Origin: Isurus oxyrinchus
Lineage: Eukaryota
Direction of reading: 5' to 3'
Length of the DNA stretch: 64,000 bases
Assembly: GCA_026770705.1 (NCBI GenBank)
Contig: JANJGN010000026.1
Coordinates: forward strand, 23,188,001-23,252,000
In this document: positions 1-10,580 of the stretch, piece by piece
Layout of the letters: every line of letters starts with the position of its first letter
Position numbering within the stretch: position 1 is the stretch's first letter
The notes under the pieces: model-generated
Seen by the model: only the letters and a program-made list of their open reading frames with translations
What the model was told of the DNA's origin: nothing
Database searches by the model: none
Made by a program: the position numbers and the translations under genes

Positions 1-248
1 TCCTTCCTGAAGCGTTAATTCAGGCGGGTCCTGGGTAACTGAATCTTGGTCATTCGTTCCTGAAACAGCACATGGAATGTGTCAAAAATCTGTGAGCAAA
101 TATAAACCATGAAACACAGACAGGGGATTTTAGCTCAGGCTCACGGGGCAGCACGACCATTATATCAGGAAAGCACACAGGGAACACATCGTTCCCAAGT
201 CGACAGTAAACTGTTTAAAATAATAAATATAGAAACAAAAAAAGAGAT

Positions 249-439
249 AAAAACAAAAAAACTGTGGATGCTGGAAATCCAAAACAAAAACAGAATGACC
301 TGGAAAAACTCAGCAGGTCTGGCAGCATCGGCGGAGAAGAAAAGAGTTGACGTTTCGAGTCCTCATGACCCTTCGACAGAACTTGAGTTTGAGTCCAAGA
401 AAGAGTTGAAATATAAGCTGGTTTAAGGTGTGTGTGTGT

Positions 440-470
<31 letters not shown>

Positions 471-1403
471 GGGGGGGGGGGTGGTTGCGGAGAGAGAGAG
501 AGAAGTGGAGGGTGTTGGTGTGGTTGTAGGGACAAACAAGCAGTGATAGAAGCAGATCAACAAAAGATGTCAACAACAATAGAACAAAAGAACACATAGG
601 TGTTAAAGTTGGTGATATTATCTAAACGAATGTGCTAATTAAGAATGGATGGTAGGGCACTCAAGGTACAGCTCTAGTGGGTGTGGGGAGAGCATAAAAG
701 ATTTTAAAATATTTAAAAATAATGGAAATAGGTGGGAAAAGAAAAATCTATATAAATTATTGGAAAAAAAAGGAAGGGGGAAACAGAAAAGGGGTGGGGA
801 TGGGGGAGGGAATTCAAATCCTAAAGTTGTTTAATTCAATATTCAGTCCGGAAGGCTGTAAAGTGCCTAGTCGGAAGACGAGGTGTTGTTCCTCCAGTTT
901 GCATTGGGCTTCACTGGAACAATGCAGCAAGCCAAGGACAGACATGTGGGCAAGAGAGCAGGGTGGAGTGTTAAAATGGCAAGTGACAGGGAGGTTTGGG
1001 TCATTCTTGCGGACAGACCGCAGGTGTTCTGAAAAGCGGTCGCCCAGTTTACGTTTTGTCTCTCCAATGTAGAGGAGACCGCATTGGGAGCAACGAATGC
1101 AGTAGACTAAGTTGGGGGAAATGCAAGTGAAATGTTGCTTCACTTGAAAGGAGTGTTTGGGCCCTTGGATGGTGAGGAGAGAGGAAGTGAAGGGGCAGGT
1201 GTTACATCTTTTGCGTGGGCATGGGGTGGTGCCATAGGATGGGGTTGGGGAGTAGGGGGTGATGGAGGAGTGGACCAGGGTGTCCCGGAGGGGTGAAGGG
1301 AAGATGTGCTTGGTAGTGGCATCATGCTGGAGTTGGCGGAAATGGCGGAGGATGATCCTTTGAATGCGGAGGCTGGTGGGGTTATAAGTGAGGACAAGGG
1401 ACA
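249..1403 (-). mobile_element. Penelope-like element, 5'-truncated copy (GIY-YIG endonuclease end plus 3' pLTR/tail)
   Basis: ORF 814-1470(-) carries CPRKRCNTC and NLVYCIRCSQCGLLYIGETKR (GIY-YIG). The region is a near-identical reverse complement of ~3435-4599 and includes the (GT)n/poly-G tract and tail. Confidence 0.93.
345..383 (-). ncRNA. Minimal type I hammerhead ribozyme-like motif in the Penelope tail (A6U core variant)
   Basis: Minus strand reads AGUU-CUGUCGA-A-GGGUC-augag-GACUC-GAAA-CG-UC-AACU. Stems I and II pair and the GAAACGUC palindromic loop is present. Confidence 0.75.
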
Positions 1404-1405
1404 AG

Positions 1406-1556
1406 GTCCAATCTGCTTTTGGGCCTGCCGGATCGTCCAGCCACATCAATGATGCAGTTGACATCACCACCCAGAATGACCGGCCTGGAGGTTGCCAGAA
1501 GCATTGGGAGCTGCTGAAAAACCTCCAGCCGCTCAGCCCCTTGTGACGGGGCTGGA
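1406..1556 (-). mobile_element. Tx1/L1-clade APE endonuclease fragment
   Basis: Hand translation of the minus strand gives APSQGAERLEVFQQLPMLLATSRPVILGGDVNCIID (GGDFN-like APE motif). Confidence 0.75.
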
Positions 1557-1672
1557 TAGTTGCGGGAGGGAAAGCAAAAGAGTCTAGGTTTGGGAAGAAT
1601 ATTTTGTGACCTATATATTTCTTATATTGGATAAGGGATAAGAAAGATCACTGACGAAAATATAAGCTGGAA

Positions 1673-1686
1673 TCTATTTTTCTAAT
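1673..1686 (-). terminator. snRNA 3' box-like element
   Basis: ATTAGAAAAATAGA starts 8 nt downstream of the U1-like 3' end and matches the AAARNNAGA half of the GTTTN0-3AAARNNAGA consensus. Confidence 0.55.
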
Positions 1687-1693
1687 TGTTAAT

Positions 1694-1857
1694 TAGGGGA
1701 GAACGCGAACGCAGTCCCCCACTACCATAAAATCTGCGGTCGAGTATCCCACAGTCAGGGACATCGCAGGCTTCAGCAGACCCAAAATGCAATGGGATAG
1801 CCTCGTCCTGGGAGGACAATCGCCATTACCAACGTCTCTTCTCCACCACCTAAATAT
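1694..1857 (-). ncRNA. RNU1: U1 snRNA variant, full length (164 nt), divergent 5' end
   Basis: Gap-free alignment to human U1 recalled from memory (~122/164 identical by hand count). Retains a CCAUUGCA U1A loop, an Sm-like AUUUUAUG site and the GGGGGACUGCGUUCGCG stem-loop IV. Confidence 0.93.
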
Positions 1858-1892
1858 GCTCAAAACTGTCATACGCTGCCAGCCGACATCAA

Positions 1893-1911
1893 GCACTACC
1901 TCTCATAGTCA
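1893..1911 (-). promoter_or_regulatory. Possible snRNA proximal sequence element (PSE)
   Basis: TGACTATGAGAGGTAGTGC at -54..-36 resembles the vertebrate T(C/G)ACCNTGA PSE start but lies slightly closer to the start site than usual. Confidence 0.35.
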
Positions 1912-2023
1912 TTTTTAAAAATTATAACGTCAATCTGTTCATTACATTTTTCCATTAAATTGCTCAGTTTTTCGCATCTATTGTAGAATATGCTTAAATG
2001 TCCCTCTAGATGGAGCAAAGGTA

Positions 2024-4599
2024 GCAGGAGTCCTCTCCCAGTTCAACGGATCCTTTTACCCATCTCCAATATTCTCCCTCCACCTGGACTCCTCCCTCTG
2101 GATTCTTACCTTCTCTTGATCTTTTCATTGAGAACTGTCGGCGCGACATTAGTCGTCTCAATTTCTCTGCTCCTCTCACCCATTCTAACCTGTCTCTCTC
2201 TGAACTTACTGCACTCCATTCTCTCAGGTCCAACCCTGACATTGTCATCAAACCCGCTGACAAGGGTGGTGCTGTTGTTGTCTGGCGCACTGACCTCTAC
2301 CTCGCGGAGGCTGAGCGTCAACTCGCAGACACTTCCTCCTACCTCTCCCTGGACCATGACCCCACCACTGAACATCAAGCCATTGTTTCCAGGACTGTCA
2401 CTGACCTCATCTCCTCTGGGGATCTCCTTCCCACAGCTTCCAACCTGATAGTCGCCCAACCTCGGACGGCCCGCTTCTATCTCCTACCCAAAATCCACAA
2501 ACAGAACTGCCCCGGTAGACCGATCGTCTCAGCTTGCTCCTGCCCCACAGAACTCATTTCTCGTTATCTTGACTCCCTTCTCTCTCCCCCTTGTCCAGTC
2601 CCTTCCCACCTACATCCGTGATTCCTCTGACACCTTACGTCACATCAACAATTTCCAGTTCCCTGGCCCCAACCGCTTCCTCTTCACCATGGACGTCCAA
2701 TCCCTCTACACCTCCATCCCCCACCAGGATGGTCTGAGGGCCCTTAGCTTCTTCTCGAACAGAGGCCCGAACAATCCCCATCCACCACTACTCTCCTCCG
2801 TCTGGCTGAACTTGTTCTCATGTGAACAATTTCTCCTTCAACTCCTCTCACTTTCTCCAAATAAAAGGTGTGTGGCTATGGGTACCCGCATGGGCCCCCC
2901 AGCTATGCCTGTCTCTTTATGAGGTATGTGGAACATTCCTTGTTGCAGTCCTACTCCGGCCCCCTTTCACAACATTTTCTCTGGTACATCGATGATTACT
3001 TCGGTGCCGCTTCATGCTCTCATCGGGACTTGGAAAAATTATTAATTTTGCTTCCAATCTCCACCCCTCCATCATTTTCACGTGGTCCATCTCTGACACT
3101 TCCCTTCCCTCCCTTGACCTCTCTGTCTCAATCTCTGGTGATAGACTGTCCACCAATATCCATTACAAACCCACCGAATCCCACAGCTACCTCGACTACA
3201 GCTCCTCACACCCCGCTTCCTGTAAGGACTCCATCCCATTCTCCCAGTTCCTTCGCCTTCGTCGCATCTGTTCCGATGATGCTACCTTCAAAAACGGTTT
3301 CCTCTAACATGTCCTCCTTCTTCCTTAACCGAGGTTTTCCACCCACGGTCGTTGACAGGGCCCTCAACCGTGTCCGGCCCATCTCCCGCGCATCCGCCCT
3401 CACGCCTTCTCCTCCCTCCCAGAAACATGATAGGGGTCCCCCTTGTCCTCACTTATCACCCCCACCAGCTTCCGCATTCAAAGGATCATCCTCCACCATT
3501 TCCGCCAACTCCAGCATGATGCCACCACCAAACACATCTTCCCTTCACCCCCCTTATCGGCATTCCGTAGGGATCGCTCCCTCCGGGACACCCTGGTCCA
3601 CTCCTCCATCACCCCCTACTCCTCAACCCCCTCCTATGGCACCACCCCATGCCCACGCAAAAGATGTAACACCTGCCCCTTCACTTCCTCTCTCCTCACC
3701 GTCCAAGGGCCCAAACACTCCTTTCAAGTGAAGCAGCATTTCACTTGCATTTCCCCCAACTTAGTCTACTGCATTCGTTGCTCCCAATGTGGTCTCCTCT
3801 ACATTGGAGAGACCAAACGTAAACTGGGCGACTGCTTTGCAGAACACCTGCGGTCTGTCCGCAAGAATGACCCAAACCTCCCTGTCACTTGCCATTTTAA
3901 CACTCCACCCAGCTCTCTTGCCCACATGTCTGTCCTTGGCTTGCTGCATTGTTCCAGTGAAGCCCAATGCAAACTGGAGGAACAACACCTCATCTTCCGA
4001 CTAGGCACCTTACAGCCTTCCGGTCTGAATATTGAATTCAACAACTTTAGGTCGTGAGCTCCCTCCCCCATCCCCCACCCCCTTTCTGTTTCCCCCTTTT
4101 TCTTTTTTTCCCTATAAGTTATATAGATTTTTCTTTTCCCACCTATTTCCATTATTTTTAAATATTTTAAAATATTTTATGCTCCCCCCACCCCCACTAG
4201 AGCTGTACCTTGAGTGCCCTACCATCCATTCTTAATTAGCACATTCGTTTAGATAATATCACCAACTTTAACTTTAACACCTATGTGTTCTATTGTACCA
4301 TTGTCGCTGACATCTTTTGATGATCTGCTTCTATCACTGCTTGTTTGTCTACACAAGCACCTCTGTCTCTCTCTCTCTCTCCTCCCCCCCCCCCCCCCCC
4401 CCCCCCACACACACACACCTTAAACCAGCTTATATTTCAACTCTTTCTTGGACTCGAAATCAAGTTCTGTCGAAGGGTCATGAGGACTCGAAACGTCAAC
4501 TCTTTTCTTCTCCGCCGATGCTGCCAGACCTGCTGAGTTTTTCCAGGTAATTCTGTTTTTGTTTTGGATTTCCAGCATCCGCAGTTTTTTTTGTTTTTA
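2024..4599 (+). mobile_element. Penelope-like retroelement (Neptune-type): RT plus GIY-YIG, frameshifted, 5'-truncated
   Basis: RT motifs DKGGAVVVW, LPKIHK, MDVQSLYTSIP, MGTRMGP and YIDD occur across frames. ORF 3443-4057 has a Cys-rich linker and GIY-YIG. The 3' tail carries a hammerhead motif. Confidence 0.95.
4463..4501 (+). ncRNA. Minimal hammerhead ribozyme-like motif in the Penelope tail
   Basis: AGTT CTGTCGA A GGGTC atgag GACTC GAAA CG TC AACT. Confidence 0.75.
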
Positions 4600-4715
4600 G
4601 CTGATATACTGTCCTCCATTTATATTTGCATAATGCCTTAAAAGGAGACAAACGGCATTCCTGGGCTACTGGCTGCAATATGGATATTCTCCAATTAGTG
4701 GCGCTGTTCCCTCAA

Positions 4716-5130
4716 AAAGAGATACTCGTTCGGCCTCAGCTGGAATATTGTGTACAGTTCTCGGCGCCACATTATAGGAAGGATGTGATCGCATTGCAGA
4801 AAGTGCAGAGGAGGTTGAGAAACTTATCAGCCATGATTGAATGGCGGAGCAGACTCGATGGGCCGAATGGCCTAATTTCTGCTCCTATGTCTTATGGTCT
4901 AAGTAAAAGAAAAAAAACTTTTTCACACAGCGACTGGTTCGAGTCGGGAATGCACTGCCTAGAAGTGTGGTGGAGGCAGGTTCAACTGAGGCATTCAAGA
5001 GGGCAATAGATGATTCTTTATATAGAAACAATGTGCAGGGTTCCAGGACAGTGGCACCAAGTTACAATGCTCAGAGAGTCGGTGCAGACACGATGGGCCA
5101 AATGGCCTCTTTCTGCACCGTAACAGTTTT
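4716..5130 (+). mobile_element. CR1 LINE 3' fragments (two)
   Basis: LVRPQLEYCVQF..PHYRKDV..L.KVQRR, followed by the CR1 3'UTR gatgggccgaatggcct and a tcttatgg tail. Confidence 0.8.
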
Positions 5131-6349
5131 GTGAACAGTTTTGCAGAGTAATGTGTAATTTAAAGAGAGACATGGTCGAGTCTGGTAATAATCAGATAGG
5201 GTCTAGTGCAGTAATATCTTGAATATAGCCTATTGTAATATAAGGAGAAATATGGTACATTGCATAACTGAGGTAGATCCTAATATGTTTTAAATAGAGA
5301 CATGGTGTAATGCATTAACAACTGAGGAAGGGTATATTGTAATATAAACAGAGATTGCCTTGTTAATTTAAATATAATCATTCTGAATTGTAAAAATAAC
5401 GGACAGAGGAGTCTAATTTAACATATACAGATTCAGGGGCTCGTGCAGTTATAACTAAGACAGTGCCTGGTGTAATATAAACAGTGACATTGGCTTACTG
5501 CAGGAATCTGAGACAGTGTCTTCAGTAATGTAATCAGAGATACATTCTACTTTAACAAAAATACCAATACAGTCTATTTTAATATAAACAATGACTGAAT
5601 CTGTACTTTTGGGAGGTTTTAATTCCTCATTTATCAACAGAAACAGACATAGTAACAAAGTTCAATTATGAAACAACTTTATGGCGACAAAGTCAGGACA
5701 AGTTTATCAAGTTTCATGTAAACTACAGCAACAAGCTCCGGCAGTGATTTACAGTTTAATGTGGGTTATTCTACCTGTGTCAAATCTGTTTCTTCTCTGC
5801 TTCTCCTCCTCTTGGCTGCTGGTCTCAGCTTCTTCTCCTCCATATGGCCTTGCTCAAGAGGATCTCTTTCATATTGCCTCTTATCCAATTAACCTCTGCC
5901 CCTTCTTAATCAATATTCATCCCTGTGGTGATCATGCCCTGAGAATGTTTCTCTTAACCAATCAGGTATAGTTCATGTCAGCAATGTTAGCCTTAGTTAA
6001 TCACCTAAATTTATTGTATTCACAGTTCATGTCAGGAATGTTAGTCTTGGTTAATCATATAATATTCCATGTATTCACCGTGCTTCTATTTCCTCGTATC
6101 TGCAGGCTGCTACATCCTGTTGCCATTTATCTCAGAGAGGCCCCTACATTCCTGCCTTTGACTCACACAAACAATCTTCAAGAACTTTAGCTTTTAGCTG
6201 CAGTAAGTGTTTTAAAGATTGTCATTATTTCCCAGAATCTTTCTCCCTTGGGATTAATTTATATTCTGCCTTATTTCTCAATTTTCCTTCCTCACTATAA
6301 CACAAAAGGGGTTTTAACAGAGTTCAGTGTTAATAATTTTACACCATCT

Positions 6350-6860
6350 TCTGTTGAAGACCTCCGGTTATTCTCTATCCCACGAGAGAAAACATTCTCT
6401 CTGTTTTCTCTCTATCGAAATCTTTCACAATTTAAAACATCTCTATTAGGTCACCCTTCAGCCTGCTATTTTTCAGAAAGAAGAGACCCAGTCTGTCAAT
6501 CTTTTCCTCATATGTATTTCTGGTATCATCCTTGTAAATCTTCTCTGTTCCATCTCTAATGTCTCTTTATTCGTTTTATAAAATGGTGACCAGAGCTGTA
6601 CTCATTACTCTCAGTGTGGTCTGACCAGGATTCCACGCAGCTTTAGCAGAACTTCCCTACATTCCAATTCCATTCCTCAAGAAATGAAACCTAGTGCTCG
6701 CTTTGCTCGTTTTATGGCCTTGCTCTGAATGATACAATTATACTCAGAGATCTCTTTGTTCCTCTTTTCCACACCTTCCAAGTAATAAATGACCTCCTCA
6801 TTCTTCTGATCAAAATCTACTACCTCACATTTATCTGTGTTCAACTTCATTTTCCGCTTC
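6350..6860 (-). mobile_element. Degenerate CR1 fragment
   Basis: MKLNTDKCEVVDF and AIKRAKRALGFIS resemble the CR1 RT C-terminus. Confidence 0.65.
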
Positions 6861-7839
6861 TCCCCAGTTTCCCTACCCACTATCCGAAAAGTTGCTGGAG
6901 AACATATCCCCACTATACTGCCTGCCCTGCAGTGATTCCACGCTCTAACAAGTGTTAATTAGCTGGAGACAGGACTTCCGCCCCTCACTAGGGAGAAAGT
7001 CCCGCCACGGAGACCAATCTGTGGCCAGCAGCACTCCTAAGCCTGCAGCGTATGAAGCTGCAGTGGACAAGACTGGGACTGCATGCAGTTCCCAGAGTCG
7101 AAGTCCCAGGAGTCCGGGACCAGGTAAATGTGGGGATCTCAGGGTGGGGAGGGGAATTTCAGACCAAGGGGAGCTGAGTGGGGAGGGTGCAGGTGTTGGT
7201 ATAGAAGCCAGTGGGGGAGGGAGGCCCCACGGAGTCAGACCTTTTGAGGGGGCAGCCAATCTTAGAAGGGGGCTGCTGATGGAGGTGACCCCCTGCACCT
7301 TCCCACCCAAGAAAATGGTTCATTTTCAGGCTTGCCCCTCACCTCTGAACTCCGCCCACCAGCCTGATAATTGACGCTGTGCAGGAAAAGGCTCTCAAAT
7401 GGTCCATAATTGGCCATTTAAGGGCCTCAATAGATGTAAGGGCAGGCAGGCCAGCCTGGGCCTTGCCAGTCCAAGCGTAAAATTGTGGAGAGGTCGGATA
7501 GGGCGAGAGGTCGGATTGGGTGGGAGCCTGGTGGGAAGACTATCTGAGAAACAGAGAAACATGATGGTGAGTCCTGACTACAAACCATCGGCGGAGGAAC
7601 GTAAAATTCTGTCCAGGGAATATTGCTGAAAAAGGAGACATGCTGTTGAGGCTTTTCGTTTTCTGCTCATCAGGACAGATTTGCAAGAAAACCAATAGTA
7701 AAGGGAACAAAAATTTATACTGCATGAGCAGAGAGTGCTGAGGTTGGCAAATGGACTCTGATTGGCAGAGGCATTGCCTTGGAGAATGCAGCAGGGAATC
7801 ATTAACTCCAAAGCTTTTGTGTAAATACGAACCAGGTAG

Positions 7840-8398
7840 GTCATTATCCCCCCACCCCCCACCCCACAGACCCGAATATAAAACAGTGAACGTTATCCCC
7901 AGACCCAAATATAAAACAAGGAACATTATCCCCCAGACCCGAATATAAAACAGTCAACATTATCCCCCAGACCCGAATATAAAACAGTGAACATTATCCC
8001 CGGACCTGAATATAAAACAGTGAATATTAACTCCCCAGGTCTGAATATAAAGCAGTGAATATTATCTCCTCAGACCCAAATATAAAACAGTGAACATTAC
8101 CCCCAAACCCGAATATAAAACAGTGAACATTATCCCCCAGACCCAAATATAAAACAGTGAACATTATCCCCCAGACCCGAATATGAAACAGTGAACATTA
8201 TCCCCCAGACCCGAATATAAAACAGTGAACATTATCCCCCAGACCCGAATATAAAACAGTGAACATTATCCCCCAAGCTAGAATATAAAACAGTGAACAT
8301 TATCCCCCAAACCCAAATATAAAACAGTGAACATTATACCCCAGACCCGAATATAAAACAGTGAACATTATCTCCAGACCCGAATATAAAACAGTGAA
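7840..8398. repeat. 34-bp minisatellite, ~16 copies
   Basis: Unit cccgaatataaaacagtgaacattatcccccaga, with period 34 (acattat at 8161, 8195, 8229). Confidence 0.95.
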
Positions 8399-8399
8399 G

Positions 8400-9075
8400 G
8401 TTAATAAGCAGGTACACCAAGCAATTAGGAAAGCTAATAGAATGTTATTGTTTATTGTGTGGGGAATTGAATACAAAAGTAGGGAGGTTATTGTCCAATT
8501 ATACAGGGCACTGGGGATACCACATCTTGAGTACTGTGTGTAGTATTGGTCTCCTTTTTAAGGAAAGATGTAAATTGAAGCAGTACAGAGGAGGTTTACT
8601 GGACTAATGCCAGGAATGGGCAGGTCATCTTATAAGGAAAGATTGGACAGAGTGAGCTTGTATCCACTGGAGTGTAAAAGAGTAAGAGGTGACTTGATTG
8701 AAACATACAGGATCCTGAGGGGTGTTGACAGGATGGATGTAGAAGGATGTTTTCTCTTGTGGGAGAATCAAAACTAGGGGTCACTGTTTAAAAATAAGGG
8801 GTCGCTCATTTAAGTCAGAGATAAGGAGAATTTTTTTTCTTTTAGAGGGTAGTGAATCTTTGGAACGCTCTTCCTCTAAATGCAGTGGAATATGTTTAAG
8901 GCAGAGTTAGATAGATTCTTGATTAACAAGGGGGTGACAGGTTATCTTGGGAGGCGGGGGGTTCTAGGTGGGAATGTGGAGGTGAGGTTACATTCAGATC
9001 AGCCATAATCTTTTTGAATGGCAGAGCAGGCTCGATGGGCTAAGTGGCCTACTCCTGCCCCTAATTCACATGTTT
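8400..9075 (+). mobile_element. CR1 LINE 3' fragment
   Basis: KQVHQAIRKANRMLLFI..GIEYKSREV..QLYRAL..PHLEYCV plus the CR1 3'UTR. Confidence 0.85.
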
Positions 9076-9365
9076 GTATCAATATCTGGAGAACTGGAGA
9101 AATGCACTGGAAGACACAGGTATGACAATTAGTTTCATTTTTATTCTTTCATGGGATGTGGGAGTCGCTGACAAGACCAGCATTTGTTGCCCATCTCTAA
9201 TTGCCTTTGAACTGACTGACTTGCTCGGTCATTGCAGAGGGCAGTTAAGAGTCAACCACATTGCTGTGGGACTGGAGTCACATGTAGGCCAAACTGGGTA
9301 AGGACAGCAGATTTTCTTTCCTAAAGGACATGAGTGAACCAAAGACCCAATATATGGTCTGTCAG

Positions 9366-9503
9366 AAGAGCTCTGAAGAAGGGTCATTCGGACTTGAAAC
9401 ATTAACTCTGTTTCTCTCTTCACAGATGCTGCTAGACTTGCTGAGTTTTCCAGCATTTTCTATTTTTGTTTCAGATTTCCAACATCGGCAGTATTTTGCT
9501 TTT
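9366..9503 (+). mobile_element. Short Penelope tail insertion with hammerhead motif
   Basis: CTGAAGA A GGGTC attcg GACTT GAAA CATT at 9373-9403. Flanking repeats atatatggtctgtcag (9350-9365) and atctatgggctgtcag (9504-9519). Confidence 0.75.
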
Positions 9504-9529
9504 ATCTATGGGCTGTCAGTTCGAGTCTA

Positions 9530-10100
9530 GGGAAGAGAATCAGAGTGAAGGTGTAACATTAGGGGCAAAGGCTTGGAGAATGTGAATAGCTTCAAGTATC
9601 TGGGGTCAGTGATGGCAGGCGATGGAAGTATGGAAATTAGAAACTGGATTAGCTCTGGTTGGAGTAATTGGAAGGAGTGCCGTGCAGTGTGATTGCAGTG
9701 TGATTTGATAGAAAATTGTCACTGAAATTGAAAAAGAAAAAGCTACAGGGCAGTTGTGAGACCGGCCTTGTTATACAGAGCAGAAACTTGGGCAATCTCA
9801 AGAAGAGACGAACAAAGCCTGGATACTAATGAGTTAAAGATACTGAGATGGATGTGTGGAGTGACGAGAAAGGATAAAATCAGGAACCAGTACATCAGGG
9901 GGTCAGTAAAGATTGTGGAAACATCAAAGGAATTCGCTGAGAAGAGATTGAAATGGTCTGGTCATCCATTGTGGAGAGACAGAGAGGAAATGTGGTGAGG
10001 CGAGTAATGGACATGGGACCGTCAGGAAGAAGAGGAAGGTCTAAGACCAGATGGAAAGATGCGGTGGCCAGAGACAGAAATGCAGTGGGATTTGATCCGA
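9530..10100 (+). mobile_element. RTE-clade LINE 3' fragment
   Basis: FKYLGS, RPALLYRAETW, ELKILRWMCGVTRKDKIRN, RLKWSGH and RRGRSKTRWKD. Confidence 0.85.
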
Positions 10101-10219
10101 ATGTTATTGCGATACCCTGCCCCAATCTCGACATCACAGCGAAAAATTACTATTCGCTTATTTGATTTTCGATGGCTGGGTCTATACCCAGCATTCCGAG
10201 CGTTAATGATTGTCCCCTA

Positions 10220-10580
10220 TCCACGCCTCAGGAGAGCGGTGCGCAGGCGCAGTGTCGGGTGCATGCGCAACACGAGGGATGGCGATGGGAGAGATTACTT
10301 CTTCTAATCTGCAGCCGGTAAGAATACGGAAACGCAGAGGCAGCGGTGGAGTCGGCGGGTGGACAGGGAGGGTTTTTAAACGCCTGGTGAAGCCCTCAAA
10401 TCTGGAATACGGACCTGCAGCTCCCGCGTTTGCAGCTTTTAGACTATTTCCCGAGAACAAATCCAGGTTAACGGCCGCCATCTTAATTCAAGGGGGCAGA
10501 GTGAATGCGCGGTCATCTTGGTGATGTAATAAAGTGGGCGGGGTTTCAGGCTTTTGTGCTCCCAACCGGGTCCTAGTGCT
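10220..10580 (+). promoter_or_regulatory. CpG-rich promoter module of ZNF unit A
   Basis: GCGCAGGCGCA and GCATGCGCA (NRF1-like), GCCGCCATCTT (YY1-like) and GGGCGGG. Homologous to 24440-24640, 30645-30850 and 62040-62215(-). Confidence 0.65.

Noticed and set aside
215-535. Pro/His-Thr-rich ORFs (also 4317-4550)
   Set aside because: They are translations of the poly-C and (CA)n tract in the Penelope 3' region.
1406-1693. Tx1 fragment as an snRNA-targeted insertion (as Keno targets U2) or a U1-headed SINE body
   Set aside because: The fragment is an internal APE piece about 135 bp downstream of an uninterrupted U1, beyond the 3' box, with no tail or TSD.
6002-6010. CACCTAAAT, complementary to the variant U1 5' end
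   Set aside because: A single 9-mer match in 64 kb is expected by chance and is not at an evident exon boundary.
7840-8398. 34-bp array as a CRISPR array
   Set aside because: Units are head-to-tail with no unique spacers, there are no cas genes, and the context is eukaryotic.
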